In this document: piece after piece, positions 23,775-37,334 of the stretch
How positions within the stretch are numbered: the first letter of the stretch is position 1
How the letters are laid out: each line of letters starts with the position of its first letter
Assembly: GCF_006345805.1 (NCBI RefSeq)
Contig: NC_043023.1
Span: 4,712,001 to 4,776,000 of the forward strand
Length of the DNA stretch: 64,000 nt
Direction of reading: 5' to 3'
Source: Octopus sinensis
Lineage: Eukaryota
Program-made: the position numbers and the translations under genes
The notes under the pieces: model-generated
Seen by the model: the letters and a program-made list of their open reading frames with translations, nothing else
The model's database searches: none
What the model was told of the DNA's origin: nothing

Positions 23775-23935
23775 TGACGGGGCTTTTCAGTCTTTCCGTC
23801 TACCCAATCTACTCAAAAGGCTTTGGTTAGAATGAGGCTATAGTAAAGACACTTGCTGAAGGTACCACGTAGTGGGACTGAACCTGGAAAACATGTGATT
23901 GGGAAGGAAGCTTCTTACCACACAACCACGCCTGC
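23775..23935 (-). mobile_element. CORE-type SINE family A, head half
   Basis: Matches the consensus. Confidence 0.75.
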
Positions 23936-23985
23936 GTATACATACATACATACATACATACATACATACATACATAACATACGTA

Positions 23986-24886
23986 CATGGTGGTATCAAA
24001 AAAGGTTCCCGGACTAGTTCTATAGCGCGCCAACAATGGCTGCGGGCGTAATGAAAGCTACCAGTGACCATCACGAGGCACTGGGCCAAGTGACATCACT
24101 GGGTTTACTTTACAAGTTGTGAAATTTATGTTTTGGTGATCACACATATTCTGTAGTCTGTGATTTTGCATGGACAAGACATTGGAACAAAGAGCCAACG
24201 TGAAGTTGTACGTTAAACGTCGGAAATCTGCTACACAGACATTGAGCATGCTTCGGCAAGCTTTCGGCGAAGAGCGAAGAAGTAATGGGTCGTACACAAT
24301 GTTTCGAGTGGCACGGACGCTTCAAAAGCGGAAGAACAGTTGACGACCGATCTGGAAGATCTTCCACATGCGTCACCACTGAAAATGTGGAGAAAATTCA
24401 TGAGGTTGTGCATGAGGATCGTCGGTGGACAATCAACAACATTGCTGGTGTTGTTGATCTATTGCATGGGTCCGTGTAGGCAACTTCAACGTCCGCGAAG
24501 AATTGAATTCCTCACGACGACAGTACATCCTGTCACCGAGCTCTCCTCACTCGTGAATCTCTCGTCAAAAACAAGGTATGGCTTCTGCACTCGGCCTATT
24601 CCACAGATTTTGCACCTGCAGACTTTCATCTCTTCTCCAAGACGAAAAAGCAACTCAAAGGTCGTCGTTTTAACACTGTTGACGAGATAGAGAGCAAATT
24701 GCAGAAGGTTCTCGACTTGCTTACGGAAAACGACCTCCAGGCCGGATTCCAAAAGTGACAGGAATGCTGGGATAGGTGTATTGCTGCGCATGGTGAGTAT
24801 TTCGAAGGAACTGATGTTAAAACTAAGGTAAATAAGTTATTTTTTATTAAACATAACCAGTTCGGAAACTTTTTGAGAGCACATCG
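23986..24886 (+). mobile_element. Internally deleted mariner (irritans-like)
   Basis: Imperfect TIRs (TATCAAAAAAGGTTCCCGGACT versus CTCAAAAAGTTTCCGAACT) with TA flanks; HTH WHGRFKSGRTVDDRSGRSST; YSTDFAPADFHLF. Confidence 0.85.
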
Positions 24887-24897
24887 TACATACAAAA

Positions 24898-24941
<44 letters not shown>

Positions 24942-25312
24942 CCATCCATCCATCCATCCATCCATCCACATACATACATACATACATACATACATACATA
25001 CATACATACATACATACATACGTACGTACGTACATACATAATAAATACATACGTACGTACATACATACATACATACATACACACACACATCCATCCGTCC
25101 ATACATACATACAGACATACATACATGTGTACATACATACATACATAAATACATACATACGTACATACATATATGCAAACATACATAAATGCATAAATAC
25201 ATAGAAACATACATACGTACGTACATACATGCATACATACATATATACATAAATACATACATACAGTCGTACGTACGTAAATACATACATGCACACATAC
25301 ATACATACACAC

Positions 25313-25343
<31 letters not shown>

Positions 25344-25388
25344 CATACATACATACATACATACATACATACATACGTGCATACATGA

Positions 25389-25419
<31 letters not shown>

Positions 25420-25476
25420 CGTACGTGCATACATACATACATACATACATACATACATACATACATACATACATGA

Positions 25477-25507
<31 letters not shown>

Positions 25508-25530
25508 CATACATACATACATACACACGT
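24887..25530. repeat. (CATA)n/(CA)n microsatellite
   Basis: Directly visible. Confidence 0.95.
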
Positions 25531-26289
25531 ACGTACGAATGCACTCGCTTCTGCATAGTTTCAGTCCAGCAAACTCACTCGCCAAGCAACGGTCGACCGG
25601 GGGTTATAATAAAAAGACGCTTGCTCAAGGTGCCGCGCAAAGGAACTGAATGCGAAATCGCGAGGCTCTAAAGTGAAGTCATTAACCACACAACCGTACA
25701 CCACGCGTGCGGTTGTGTGCGCGTGTACAAATTGTATGGTAAGAATTTCATAAACCCTGCAGATACAGCGTGTTGCGTCATTTAAACGATGATGATAACT
25801 TTATTACATTTCTCTATTCTATGGCTTTCAGTTTTGTTTTTCCTGACGATATCAGCATATCACACACACACACACACACCACACACACACACACACATAC
25901 ACACACACTTACAGAAACAAACACACCACACGCACTCAAACACGCTCGTGTGCATGGTAGGGATATGAGAGAAGCGAGCTGTGTGATATGATATGATATA
26001 TTGGGCGTAGGAGGTGAGTGTTTTCTAGATGCAGACGATACTGTGTGTGCGATGTGTGATACAACTCTGAACAATGGTTGTGTGTTGACGCCGACGATAT
26101 CAGATGAAGTCGATATCGATATTATTAGCTCCTTTCCACACGCAAACCGCCCCGCCACCCCCACCCCCTAGCGACAGCTGAAGGCAAAATATCACAGATC
26201 TTTGTGATTTGGTGTTGCAGTTTGTGTAGGATGTATTAAACAGGGAATCGTGGGATAAAAAACCATTTATCATGTGGTGGTGATCTTGT

Positions 26290-26301
26290 GCACTGAAGGC
26301 T

Positions 26302-26336
<35 letters not shown>

Positions 26337-26839
26337 TGGCGGTGGCGGTGGTGGCGGTGGCGGCGGTGGTAGTCGTACAGCTGAAAGTGGTGGTAGTCGT
26401 GGTGGTGGGGAAGTCGTGGTGGTGACGGTTGTGGCGGCGGCTGCGGCGGTTGTTGTGGGGCAGTGGTGGTGGTGGTGGTGAAGGCAGTTGTGGTGGTGGG
26501 GGTAGTCGCGGTGGCGGTTGTGATGTTGGAGGTGGTGGTGGTGGTGGCGGCAGCGGTGGTGATGGCTGTGATGGTGGTGGTGGTGGTGGTGGTGATGGAA
26601 GAGTGCGAATGCGTGGGAGTATGTGTGCGAGGGGGTACTGTCAGGGGAAAGGGGTAACAAGAAAGCGGGAGTGAGGTGAGATAGAGGTGAAAGAGAGAGA
26701 GAGAGAGAGAGAGAGAAAGAAAGAAAGAAAGAAGAAAGAAAGAAAGAAAGAAAGAAGAGAGAAAGAAAGAAAGAGAGAAAGAAAGAAAGAAAGGAAGAAA
26801 GGAAGGAAGAAAGAGAGAAAGAAAAAGAGAAAGAAAGAG

Positions 26840-26870
<31 letters not shown>

Positions 26871-27600
26871 GACATCTAGGAAAGATAGAGAATAAGAGAG
26901 TGCAAGAGAGAGAATATGCAGAGAAAGATGAGGAAAAATAGATTGTGAGGGAAAGAGGAAGACAGACAGAGAAAGAAGGGAAAAAAGAAAGAAGACATCA
27001 GGAAAGTAAGATAAGAGAAAAGAGAGAGAGAGAGAGAGAGTAAGAGAAAGAGAGAAAATATAAGAGAAAGAGTGAGACAGAGAGTGTATAAGAGAAAGTG
27101 AAAGTGAGAGAGAGTACAGGAGAAAGGGTGGGAGAGAGAGAGAGAGAGAGAGATTTTGGATCCAATGATAGATTGGATAAAGTGAAAGGCGAAGAAAAAG
27201 GTTATGATGAATCAATAAGCAATGTGTGTAATAGAGAGAAGGAGAGGTGAAAGTGAGGTAGAGAGAGAGGGGGAGAGAGACAGAGACAGAGAGAGACAAG
27301 CAGTCAGACAGACAGACAGGTAGAAAGCAAGAGCAAGGGAAAATGAGTGAGAAAGACAGAGATGAAAAGAGGGAGACAAATTAGAGACAGAGATAGGAGG
27401 GTTATACTGAGGAATAGAGAGAGTGAGAGAGATGGAGAGAGAGGAGGAGGATATAGAAAGAGAACTACATAATGAGAGGGGGGTAAACGAAAGAGAGAAG
27501 TGTAAGAAAGAGGGAAAAGAAAGAGAAAGAATGCAAGTAGTAGAAAGAGTAGCAGAGTAGTGGGAGTGATAGTGAAAGTGAGAAAGTTGAAAGGTTTTCA
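26290..27600. repeat. (GGT/GGC)n followed by (GA)n/(GAAA)n purine-rich low complexity
   Basis: Directly visible; source of the poly-Pro/His/Thr and Ser/Leu/Phe ORFs. Confidence 0.9.
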
Positions 27601-27634
27601 ATAAAGTTTGTTGCAGAATATTTTCAAGTTATAT

Positions 27635-27661
27635 GTGTGTGAATGTATGTATGTATGTATG

Positions 27662-27692
<31 letters not shown>

Positions 27693-29310
27693 TGCTGTAT
27701 GTAATGTATGTGTGTGTGTATGTATGTATGTATGTATGTATGTATGTATGTATGTATTAATGCATGTAATGTATGTATGTGGTATGTAGTATGTAAATGT
27801 ATGTGTGTATATGTGTATGTTATGTATGTATGTATGTATGTATGTGTGTGTGTATGTATGTATGTATGTAAATTGTGTATGTTGTGTATGTTGTGTATTT
27901 ATGGTGATGTGTATGTATGTGTATTTGTGTATGATTTGTATGTATGTCGTGGTGTTGAATGTATGTATGTATGTATGTATGTATGTATGTATGTGTGTAT
28001 GTATGTGTGTATGTGTGTATGTATGTATGTATGTATGTGTGTGTGTTGTATGTATGGTATGTATGTATGTATGTGGGTGTGTATGTATGTATTATGTATG
28101 TATGTATGTATGTATGTGATGTGTGTATGTATGTTGTATGTGGTGTATGTATTATGTATGTATGTATGTGTATGTATGTATGTATGTTGTGTGTGTATGT
28201 ATGTATTATGTATGTATGTATGTATGTATGTATGTATGTATGTATGTATGTATGTTATGTGTATGTATGCATGTATGTATGTATGTGTGTATGTATGTAT
28301 GTATGTATGTGTGTATATGTGTATGTATGTATGTATGTTGTATGTATGTATGTGTGTGTGTATGTATGTATGTATGTATGTGTGTATGTGTGTATGTTTG
28401 TATGTATGTATGTGTGTGTGTATGTATGTGTGTATGTGTGTATGTATGTATGTATGTATGTATGTATGTATGTATGTATGTGTGTATGTATGTTATGTGT
28501 GTAGTATGTATGTTGTATGTATGTATGTATGTTGGTGTGTATGTATGTATGTATGTATGATGTATGTGTGATGTGTGTTGTGTATGTATGTATGTATGTA
28601 TGTATGTATGATGTATGTATGTATGTGTGTGTGTATGTGTGTGTGTATGTGTGATTGTATGTATGTATGTATGTATGTATGTCTGTGTGTGTTGTATGTA
28701 TGTATGTATGTATGTATGTGTATGTGTGTGTGTATGTATATGTATGTGGTGTGTGTGTGTGTATGTATGTATGATGTAGGTGTATGTATGTATGTATGTA
28801 TGTGTATGTATGTGTGTATGTGTGTGTATGTATGTATGTATGTATGTATGTGTGTATGTTGTATGTATGTATGTTGTGTATGTATGTATGTATGCATGCA
28901 AGTATGTATGTATGTATGTATGTATGTATGTATGTATGTATATGTATGTGTGTGAATGTATGTATGTATGTATGTATGTATTATGCAAATATGTATATAT
29001 GCATGCAAGTATGTATGTATGTATATATGTATGCATGTGTTTATGTATATATGTATGTCAGTATATATGTAAATATGTATGCATGCATGCAAGTATATAT
29101 GTATGTATGTATGTACGCAAGTATGTATGTATGTAAGCATCCAAGTATGTATATATGTATGAATGTATACATGTATGTATGCATGCATGTATATATGCAT
29201 GCATGTATGTATTATGTATGTATGTATGTATACAAGTATGTATGTATGTATGTATGTATGTATGTATGCATACAAGTATGTATGTATGTATGTATGTATG
29301 TATGTATGTA
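27635..29310. repeat. Long degenerate (TATG)n tract
   Basis: Directly visible, ~1.7 kb. Confidence 0.95.
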
Positions 29311-29311
29311 T

Positions 29312-29750
29312 GTTTATGTCAGGTCTCTTTCGAGTGCTACTGGTAACATGTAACCCAGTACAACTTGTTGCATAGTTGGGTCGTCGGCGAGGAGGGTGTT
29401 TATTGGACACCCTGCGGGATGAAAAACAAACCCGTCAAAGGGCGGAGGAACTCTTGAGAATCAATGGCCATCCAATAAATGTCTTAAGGCTGTATCATGC
29501 GCGGGGACATAGAAATAATCGGACTGATTACACGATCGTGCAGTTAAATCATTGGGAGTGAAGGACTCCTAGCCTTTGTTAGGGCATCCTTCTAGGAGAA
29601 GGTAACTCAGGTAACTGGGATTGCTCCGACATAAAACCTGCGGCTCAGTGGTTACCGATGATGTTGACTTGTTCTTCTTTTCGGATTATGGCTGCTGTTG
29701 CTTAGTGAGTGGGATTGACTCAGTGCACAGCCTTTCCTCACTTTAAAAAA
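29312..29750 (+). repeat. Unclassified repeat, possibly a LINE 5' UTR
   Basis: Contains CTAGGAGAAGGTAACTC...AAAACC, a motif reminiscent of RTE-type 5' UTRs; no ORF. Confidence 0.3.
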
Positions 29751-32146
29751 AAATCTTCTTGCACAGGCATTGCATGATAACAACATTGATTGAGGTTCGT
29801 GCAATGGCCATACTCAATAACGAGGGGGCAGCCACCATGTATGTATGTCTTCTCTTTCTCTTTTTAGTTTCAGAGTAAATTTTGACTGGCCACCTACTTG
29901 GTAGCAAGGTTGTGAATGAAAGCATCTTAATTTAACCGTCATCTTAAGAAGGCCTTCCAGATTTTTACAGTCCTAGATATCATAATCATTTGTAGGATAT
30001 AAATTAATGATTTGCATTCTCTCCCCTAGATCCTAAGTTCAGCCATACTTTGCTCCAGACGGGTCGGTATGTATCCTATTGCTCCAATAATAATAGATAT
30101 GAAGCTGAAAGTGCATCTTGGGTACTGTATTTGCAAATGCTTTATCAATGGTCCATACATGTCCTCTTTTCACTTGCATTTTCTAACTACACTTACATCC
30201 AGATGCCAGCTGATTTACACTATGTACATATGTATATATGTCATTATTCAGTTTTATTTCAAGATTTCTAGCCAATAGAGAAAGAGCTGGTTTCTAACCA
30301 AGATCCAAGGCTCCTTTCTGATTTTTTTCTGATTCTTAGCTTACAATTAATATAAAGATAGCATGATTTATCGCCCCAGTATTCCATAAGTAAATACCCA
30401 GAGCAATCTTTATAGAAACCACCTAATAAGTAAATAATTAAGTACAGGAATGAATATTAAACTAATTCTATGTAATCTTCCCCTTCTAATGTTGAAAATT
30501 GGTATATATACACAGTTTATCTATTCTGGTTATAATATCACTTTTAGTAATCTTAAATTTTATCTTCATACAACAGATAATATTATTTATATACAATCAT
30601 CCATTGTATTCCATGATAATTTCCTCTGTATTAACATCATAGATTTTATTAGCATCTTGCCCCTTTAACTGGCAATTAACATCTTGATTTGGGGTCTTCC
30701 CCTACCTAGCTTCCTTTATAGACAGTTACTCATACAAATCCTAAAATCCTGACAATATTTATGACCATCCCCAACCATAAACTGTCAACTCATTCCTGCC
30801 CTCCATTCTAAACAGGGTGAAGCTTTTTATGAAAATAATTTTTGAAAATATATGAATTTTCCTTTATTACTTCTGGACAGATTTTGTGCAAATCTTTTTT
30901 GTACCATGTACTTAAAACCAACAGGAGGCGTATTTTTAGTAAAAAAAGAAAAAAAGAAAAGGAGGAAAAACAAACTTTGAAAATTTATGAATTTTTCAAG
31001 TCCCTCCCTTCCCATACTCAGTACCAATTTTGGTAAATTTTTTTGGTCAACCCACTTAAAAATGATGGGAGAAGCCTTGAAGGTTAAAAACAAAATTTAG
31101 AAATTGGCTATCACCATTATGATCCCTACTTCTTTTATTTTCAAACAGTAAACATTATTCTCTTTTTTGAATTTTTAAAAAATTATAGTTTTGAAATATG
31201 GGCAGTCCGAATTTACAATTTGCTTTTGTTTATAATTTTAAAGTAATTTTCTGATGACAAGGTGTGTGATTTAAGGGAGATTTAGCTGTTGGTTCATGCT
31301 CTTTCTACGACCACCTGGTACCTTCTTCATTTCTCTGTCACTCTTTCCCCCTCGCACACATTACATGGAATGATGATGCATTGATCCATTGCTAGGATAT
31401 AAGCAGCAACACACACACAAAAGTAAATTGTTATTTAAATTTTTAACCCCACCCTGTGTCAAGAATCAGTGTGTATGTGTGTGTGTGTGTGTGCGTGTGT
31501 GTGTGTGTGTGTGTGTGCAAGAAGAAATCATATTTACTAACAGAAAAGCATTTAAAACTATTAAAGTAAATTATCTTTTGCACACCTTTCTGAATCATTC
31601 TGTTGTCCTAATGACATTCCTTACACACGTGCATACACACACACATTGACAAAGACACACACACACACACTCTCTCAGCATGAGCAAGATACCTTTATAG
31701 AGAGTGAAAGAGAGTGTAGTAGATATATATATAGAGAGGGTCATAGTTTACTATGAGAAAAGCAGAAAAGCATAAGGGTTTGGTATAAGAAAAAAATTTG
31801 AAAATCCCTGTCAAAATAGAGAAAATCCAACTTATGTGGATGTGTTATTCCAAAAGTCTACCTACCGGGCAACGACAGGATACACTACTAGTAATAGTGT
31901 GTGTATATATATATATATATAATATATGCATGTGTGGGTGAATGTGTAATATATATGTGTGTGTGTGTGTGCATAAATATATATATATATATTGGTAAAA
32001 ATGAATAAAAATGGCTTTTCTGGTAATTTTTCCAATTTAATAATTAGATATGTTCATCAGTTATTAGGTGTTTATATCATTTCTATTCATTTTATCAAAT
32101 ATATAATACTGTACCAAAGACTTTCTATTTTTATTTTTTATTCTAC

Positions 32147-32195
<49 letters not shown>

Positions 32196-32305
32196 CAATT
32201 CAGATGAATATGGTACTTAAGCTGAAGCACCAGAATTTATTATCCATACAATTTCGAAGTAAGGTGATTAAAATCAAAATAAGCAACAAGGATATCCAGA
32301 GATAA

Positions 32306-32397
32306 TGCAGTACGATCGTTTCATGTAACTCCATTTAATTGAACAATGCAATCCTTTCATTACATCAATTTAAAATGTAGAGCAATCTTCAGCTGCA
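32306..32397 (-). ncRNA. Type I hammerhead ribozyme (family H4)
   Basis: UGCAG-CUGAAGA-long helix II-GAAA-CGAUCG-UA-CUGCA; palindromic ACGAUCGU; GUA triplet; first helix II pair U.U. Confidence 0.75.
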
Positions 32398-34229
32398 AAA
32401 AGGCATAGAATTTAATTAAATTAGAACAGATGGATACATTAGTATAATTATACCTACAATCTCCAAGTTAAGGAGACAGACAAAGAATATGTTGTACCTA
32501 CAACAGCATAGCCTTAACTAAAATTTTCAAGAAGACACTGCCTGTCACTGATTTTTTGTCTTTTTATGGGGTCATTTATAATTTATAAACTAGTTTATCA
32601 AATCCCTTGTATATTTAAGGCTGAGAGAAACAGAGGTAGTATCTGTTTGGGGTAGAGTTGAGGGAGTAGACAGACATTCTAGATGGTATAGTCATAAAAA
32701 TCAAGATTTATTAGAAGCAATGTCATGAAGTTTAGTAAAGGAAAACTTAAAACAAGATGTTAAGGGGGTCGTCGTCCACTAGCAGACTATCGATAATGAA
32801 GCAGGGGAAGTCTTATCATGCAGCACTATAGTTATATACTTTAAAACAATGTTGCTATATTATATACAGTTAAAGTTTAGGGTTATTCAAAAGATTATTA
32901 AGAAGAATATTGTAACAAGAAGATAGAACTTTATGAATACTTTTGAGTATATATCAAACTTTTACCACAATAGAGGAAGGAAAAGAAATTATATAGAAAT
33001 AGTTTAATATTTATACATATTGTATACTTAAATACTAACTCATCAGATGGTATCTATGAATATTGATTAATTGGTATATACTGGTATCTAATAAAGGAAT
33101 ATTGAGGTAAATGAACATGCTAGTTATATATTAATAAAATTTTAATCTAAGCAGTTTTTTTTTAATAAGTAGTGAATATATCAGTATAGTTTTATATAAG
33201 CTAAGTGTGAATTTATAGAGATACAAAAATTAGATTAATTTTATAAATAAAGAAAGGCTAATTATAAAATGAAATAAAATAATCAATGGCAGAACACCAT
33301 AGAAAAGGAATAAAATGGCTTAATTACTAATACTATGGTAAAGTATATGTAGCTTACTAACACCAATAGAGAAGATTTTTTAGAAAAAAAGTATAATAAT
33401 TCAAAATATATTAGACTAAAAATTATGTATTTACTTATTTAGCTAATATCTATAAAAGACTGATGTTTGGTATCGGCTAAAGGAATATTTAAGTTATGGA
33501 ACAATTCTATTTTACACTAATTTTATTTTTAATTTAGGGTTTTATTATAGGTTTAAGAAGTTGTTATTATTACTCCCTACATGATATTTATAGTTTCTTA
33601 GTGGTACTTGTTTAGAAGAGTTATTTATATAAAGTCCCTTATAAATACTAAGATCAGGAGGGTAGAGTCATTTAAGAAAGAGGAAAATCAAGTAATTTTT
33701 TAATGATCATTTCAAACAATATCATCAAACTGTATGAGTTTAAAATTTTAGGGTAATCACGAAGATTATTAAGAATGAAAATTTTAACAAAAGGATACCA
33801 CTTCTTTGAATATTATGAGTATATACCAAATTTTTACCACAATAGAGGGAGGAAAAGGAAATTGCAAAGAAATAGATTAATATTAATATAGATTAATAAT
33901 ATACTTATTACTTATCTAAAATATTAACTTATGGTTTCCATGGAAAATGATCAAATGGATTTTAACTAGTATTTAACTGAGGTTAAAGAACATGTTAACT
34001 ATATACTGATTTAATTAAAATTGAACTAATTTTAAGTTGTGGAGATACCGGTATTACTTTATATAAGCTGAGTATGAATTAATAGGGGTACAAGGATTAG
34101 ATTTATTTAAGGCTGCTATAAATGTAACAGTAACAACAATAATAAAATGATCAGTTAGCACTAAAAACTATAATGAAATAATAAAATATTCATACCTTAT
34201 TAACTCTAATAGCAAGTATTTATAGAAAA

Positions 34230-34450
34230 TGTATAATAATTTATGAGCTAAAAATTGTTAATTAACTTATTTAGCTTAGCATAATCAGGGCTGAAACCTG
34301 GTATTAGTTGAAATGGGATACAATAAGAAAGGCACAGCCTTATAAAAATAGTAGAGATGGATGTGAACTTTGTTCTATGGAGACATGAAATTTTGAAACA
34401 TAGGAATAATATAAACTTATTGAATAACCGTTTTGATATAGGATATCCTG
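34230..34450 (+). pseudogene. Highly decayed PLE GIY-YIG C-terminus
   Basis: ETWY*LKWDTIRKAQPYKNSRDGCELCSME, then a frameshift into EILKHRNNINLLNNRFD, matching the W-x-I...PY...CxLC..E...LLN pattern of PLE endonucleases. Confidence 0.55.
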
Positions 34451-35414
34451 CATACATTGTGCCACCCGTACTTTTAAGTATTTTAAATAATAGCATTCCT
34501 AAATTTTCAAATCTTAATGTTTTGTAACCAAATAAGGAAATAATATACCATACTAGCTTTTATTTAACCTGCATAGATTATTAAGAAATTTTATAATATA
34601 AATAAATTTGAATAAAGTGAAATTAAAATCTTTTGAAACTTTCCAATATAGGATTGCATAAATTCCATATATCTAGTGAAATTATTAAGTTCATCTTGAT
34701 TACCTCCCTTCCATTACACTTTAAAATATCTTATAGGCTCTTGATATATGTGCTAATTGATAAGGTTTTTTTTTACAGATAATAAATATTATGTCTAGCA
34801 TATTCCTTTAATTTAACTCATTAATAAAAATAAATTACTATTTACTAACTAACTATAAATCTATATTAATAGAAATTGATATATATATTTTTATAAATAT
34901 GAAAAGAATTTATATACTCCCCATCTCTATATAAGATACTAAAATTTATTAGAATCCTTTAAAAAAAACTATCTAAAGGATATTTATTTAAAATCACAAG
35001 CAAGATTATGGCTGTCAAATGGTTAAGGGCATCAGAAATCTCTATTCACCCTACCCCACTAGCTTCAGCCTACTAACTTTGGCTAAAATACATTCAAATG
35101 TGCCAAAGTTAAATCCCTCATAAAATGGATGGATTTATGGCTCTGCCATTTGAACTACCCCTTCCTCTATCTATAAATAGAAAAAATTCTTGTTTGTCTC
35201 CACTGAACTTAATAAAAAACCCTCCCCATTGGTAAATCTAAATAACAAAGTGAACTCAGTGATGAAAAATCTGCCCATGAGGGAAGATCTTCTACTACCA
35301 TGTTCTTACTGATGAAATTCACCTCTCTGTTTATATATCTACCCTCTTTGTAATGTTGGCAAATGGAATAAGTATAAAAATAAACATTGTCAATCTAATT
35401 TTAAAAATTCCATA

Positions 35415-35502
35415 TGTGGCTGAAGAGTGCTCTACATTTTAAAACTGATATAATACTTACATTGTTTAATTAAATGAATTAGCATGAAACGCTTGTACTA
35501 CA
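35415..35502 (+). ncRNA. Type I hammerhead ribozyme (family H4, third copy)
   Basis: UGUGG-CUGAAGA-GUGCU...AGCAU-GAAA-CGCUUG-UA-CUACA; the downstream tail (GGATATCCTTGTTGCTTATTTTGAT) is shared with the 32.2 kb and 40.6 kb copies. Confidence 0.7.
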
Positions 35503-35574
35503 CTATCTTTGGATATCCTTGTTGCTTATTTTGATTATATAAATAGATATATAGATATAACTGAGAATGTGTGT

Positions 35575-35800
35575 ATGTCTGTCTGTCTGTATGTGTGCAT
35601 CACTAAAACTCGATAACTACCCAACTGATTTCATTCAAATTTTATACAAGCCGTACTTAGGGTTCATAGAGTGTCATGTGCCAAAAAATGTTCAACTTCT
35701 TGCCTAATGCGAGTCTGGACGAATCTCTTAAACTGTTTCGGTATTATGTGTCAAAAGTGAAACAATAACATCTCTATTGTAATGTGATATAATAGCTTCT
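35575..35800 (+). mobile_element. Possible Helentron/HINE-like fragment
   Basis: (GTCT)n followed by AAAACTCGATAACTACCCAACTGATTTCATTCAAATTTT resembles DINE-1/HINE-type internal motifs. A possible Helitron-like end (GCAACACCGGGTA...GCTAGT) lies separately at ~41279-41309. Confidence 0.35.
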
Positions 35801-36148
35801 CTATTCTATGGTTTCACTTTCAATAGTTTCATTTTTATTAGTTTCACTGTGTATATATATACTTGTTTCTTTATATGTTAATGGATTCACTTTTAATAGT
35901 TTCATTTCTATTAGTTTCACTATGTATATGTATATATATATATATACATGCTTGTATTTATGTGTGTACATATAGGTGTGTGTGTGTGTTGTGTGTGTGT
36001 ATATATATAACAAAAATCAAAATGGATGACAGATTTTTATAGGTCAAGTTTCTTTATCATCGCAATACAAAATACATAAAAAATTCATCGAGATGTTAGA
36101 TCTCAAGCATTCTAGTATTACAATCCAAAGAAAATCAGTATTACAAAA

Positions 36149-36229
36149 CCTTATGATCGTTTCAAGGAATGTGTTTGTATTGGGTGAGTTTTCCAGCTGA
36201 TAAAATAGTCGCATTTCTCTCATCAGAGG
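36149..36229 (-). ncRNA. Degenerate type I hammerhead (H4-like helix III)
   Basis: CCU-CUGAUGA-GAGAAAUG...CAUUCCUU-GAAA-CGAUCA-UA-AGG; intact core, 3-bp helix I. Confidence 0.6.
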
Positions 36230-36371
36230 AACAAATAAATCAATTACAATTGTTTAGAAACTGAGAAAGCTTAAAATATATATATGTTTATGTATATGTG
36301 TGTGTGTGCGTGCATATATATATGTGTGTATACATATATATATATGTGTCTGTGTGTGTGTATATATATAC

Positions 36372-36416
<45 letters not shown>

Positions 36417-36524
36417 CTTACCACACAGCCACTCCTGTGCCTATGTATATATGTATATATATATATTTATATACATACATATATATATATATTATATATA
36501 TCATATATATATATATATATATTG

Positions 36525-36590
<66 letters not shown>

Positions 36591-36755
36591 CATAAGGGAC
36601 TAAAGCCATCTGAATATGGCTAGGGACAGGGCAGGGTGGTGGGGGTGTTACTGTTGCATTTAGCCCCAGGCGAACATCACGTCGCCAGATAGCTTGACAC
36701 CATCACGGCGTCCTTATATCCTGCAAAGGAGATAATTCCCCGATGAAGCGGAACC

Positions 36756-36800
36756 CACACGGACCTAGTTTCAAGGTGTAATTGCCATCATCAACTGTGG
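36756..36800 (-). ncRNA. Hammerhead H3, inverted copy (noisy)
   Basis: Reverse complement CCACAG-TTGATGA-TGGCAATTACACCTT-GAAA-CTAG-GTC-CGTGTG, with small indels. Confidence 0.55.
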
Positions 36801-36939
36801 TAGGCCCCCGCTTCCCCGACGAACAACTCACTCTGCAGGATATTTATATATGGATTTTCAAGCACAATACATTTGCTGATTTCGAAAATCTGTCGACAGC
36901 AATAGAGTGAGTTGTTCGTCGGGGCAGCGGGGTGGCTAC

Positions 36940-36984
36940 CACACGTTGATGATGGGCAATACCCTTGAAACCTAGGTCCGTGTG
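36940..36984 (+). ncRNA. Type I hammerhead ribozyme with variant core (family H3)
   Basis: CACACG-UUGAUGA-UGGGCAAUACCCUU-GAAA-CCUAGG-UC-CGUGUG; 6-bp helix I extended by AGCGG/CCGCU; palindromic ACCUAGGU; GUC cleavage after 36978; C3-to-U variant. Confidence 0.75.
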
Positions 36985-37289
36985 TGGTTTCCGCTTCATC
37001 GGGGATATCTCCCTTTGCAGGATAAAGACGCCTTGATGGTGTCAAGCCTATCTGGCGACGTTATGTTCGCCTTGGGCTAATGCAACAGTAACACCCCCAC
37101 CACTCTGCCTGTCCCTAGCCATATTCAGATGGTTTAGTCCCTTATGTTATGGAGCAGTTCTGTCTATATCTCATTTGAGAATTATTATTGCTGTCGAACA
37201 GATTTTCGAAATCAGCAATGTATTTTGCTTGAAAATCTATATATAATATCCTGCAGAGTGAATTGTTCGTCGGGGAAGCGGCGGCCTAC

Positions 37290-37334
37290 CACACGTTGAT
37301 GATGGGCAATACACTTGAAACCTGGGTCCGTGTG
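37290..37334 (+). ncRNA. Hammerhead H3, second direct copy
   Basis: CACACG-UUGAUGA-UGGGCAAUACACUU-GAAA-CCUGGG-UC-CGUGUG. Confidence 0.65.

Noticed and set aside
29312-29640. HDV-like ribozyme at a putative LINE 5' end
   Set aside because: I could not assign P1/P2/P3 pairings by eye; an RNAmotif HDV descriptor search would be needed.
32450-35400. NUMT or alternative-genetic-code (TAA/TAG=Gln) contaminant
   Set aside because: No mitochondrial gene, rRNA or tRNA is recognisable; stops include TGA and frameshifts; the PLE motif and flanking host repeats indicate decayed nuclear DNA.
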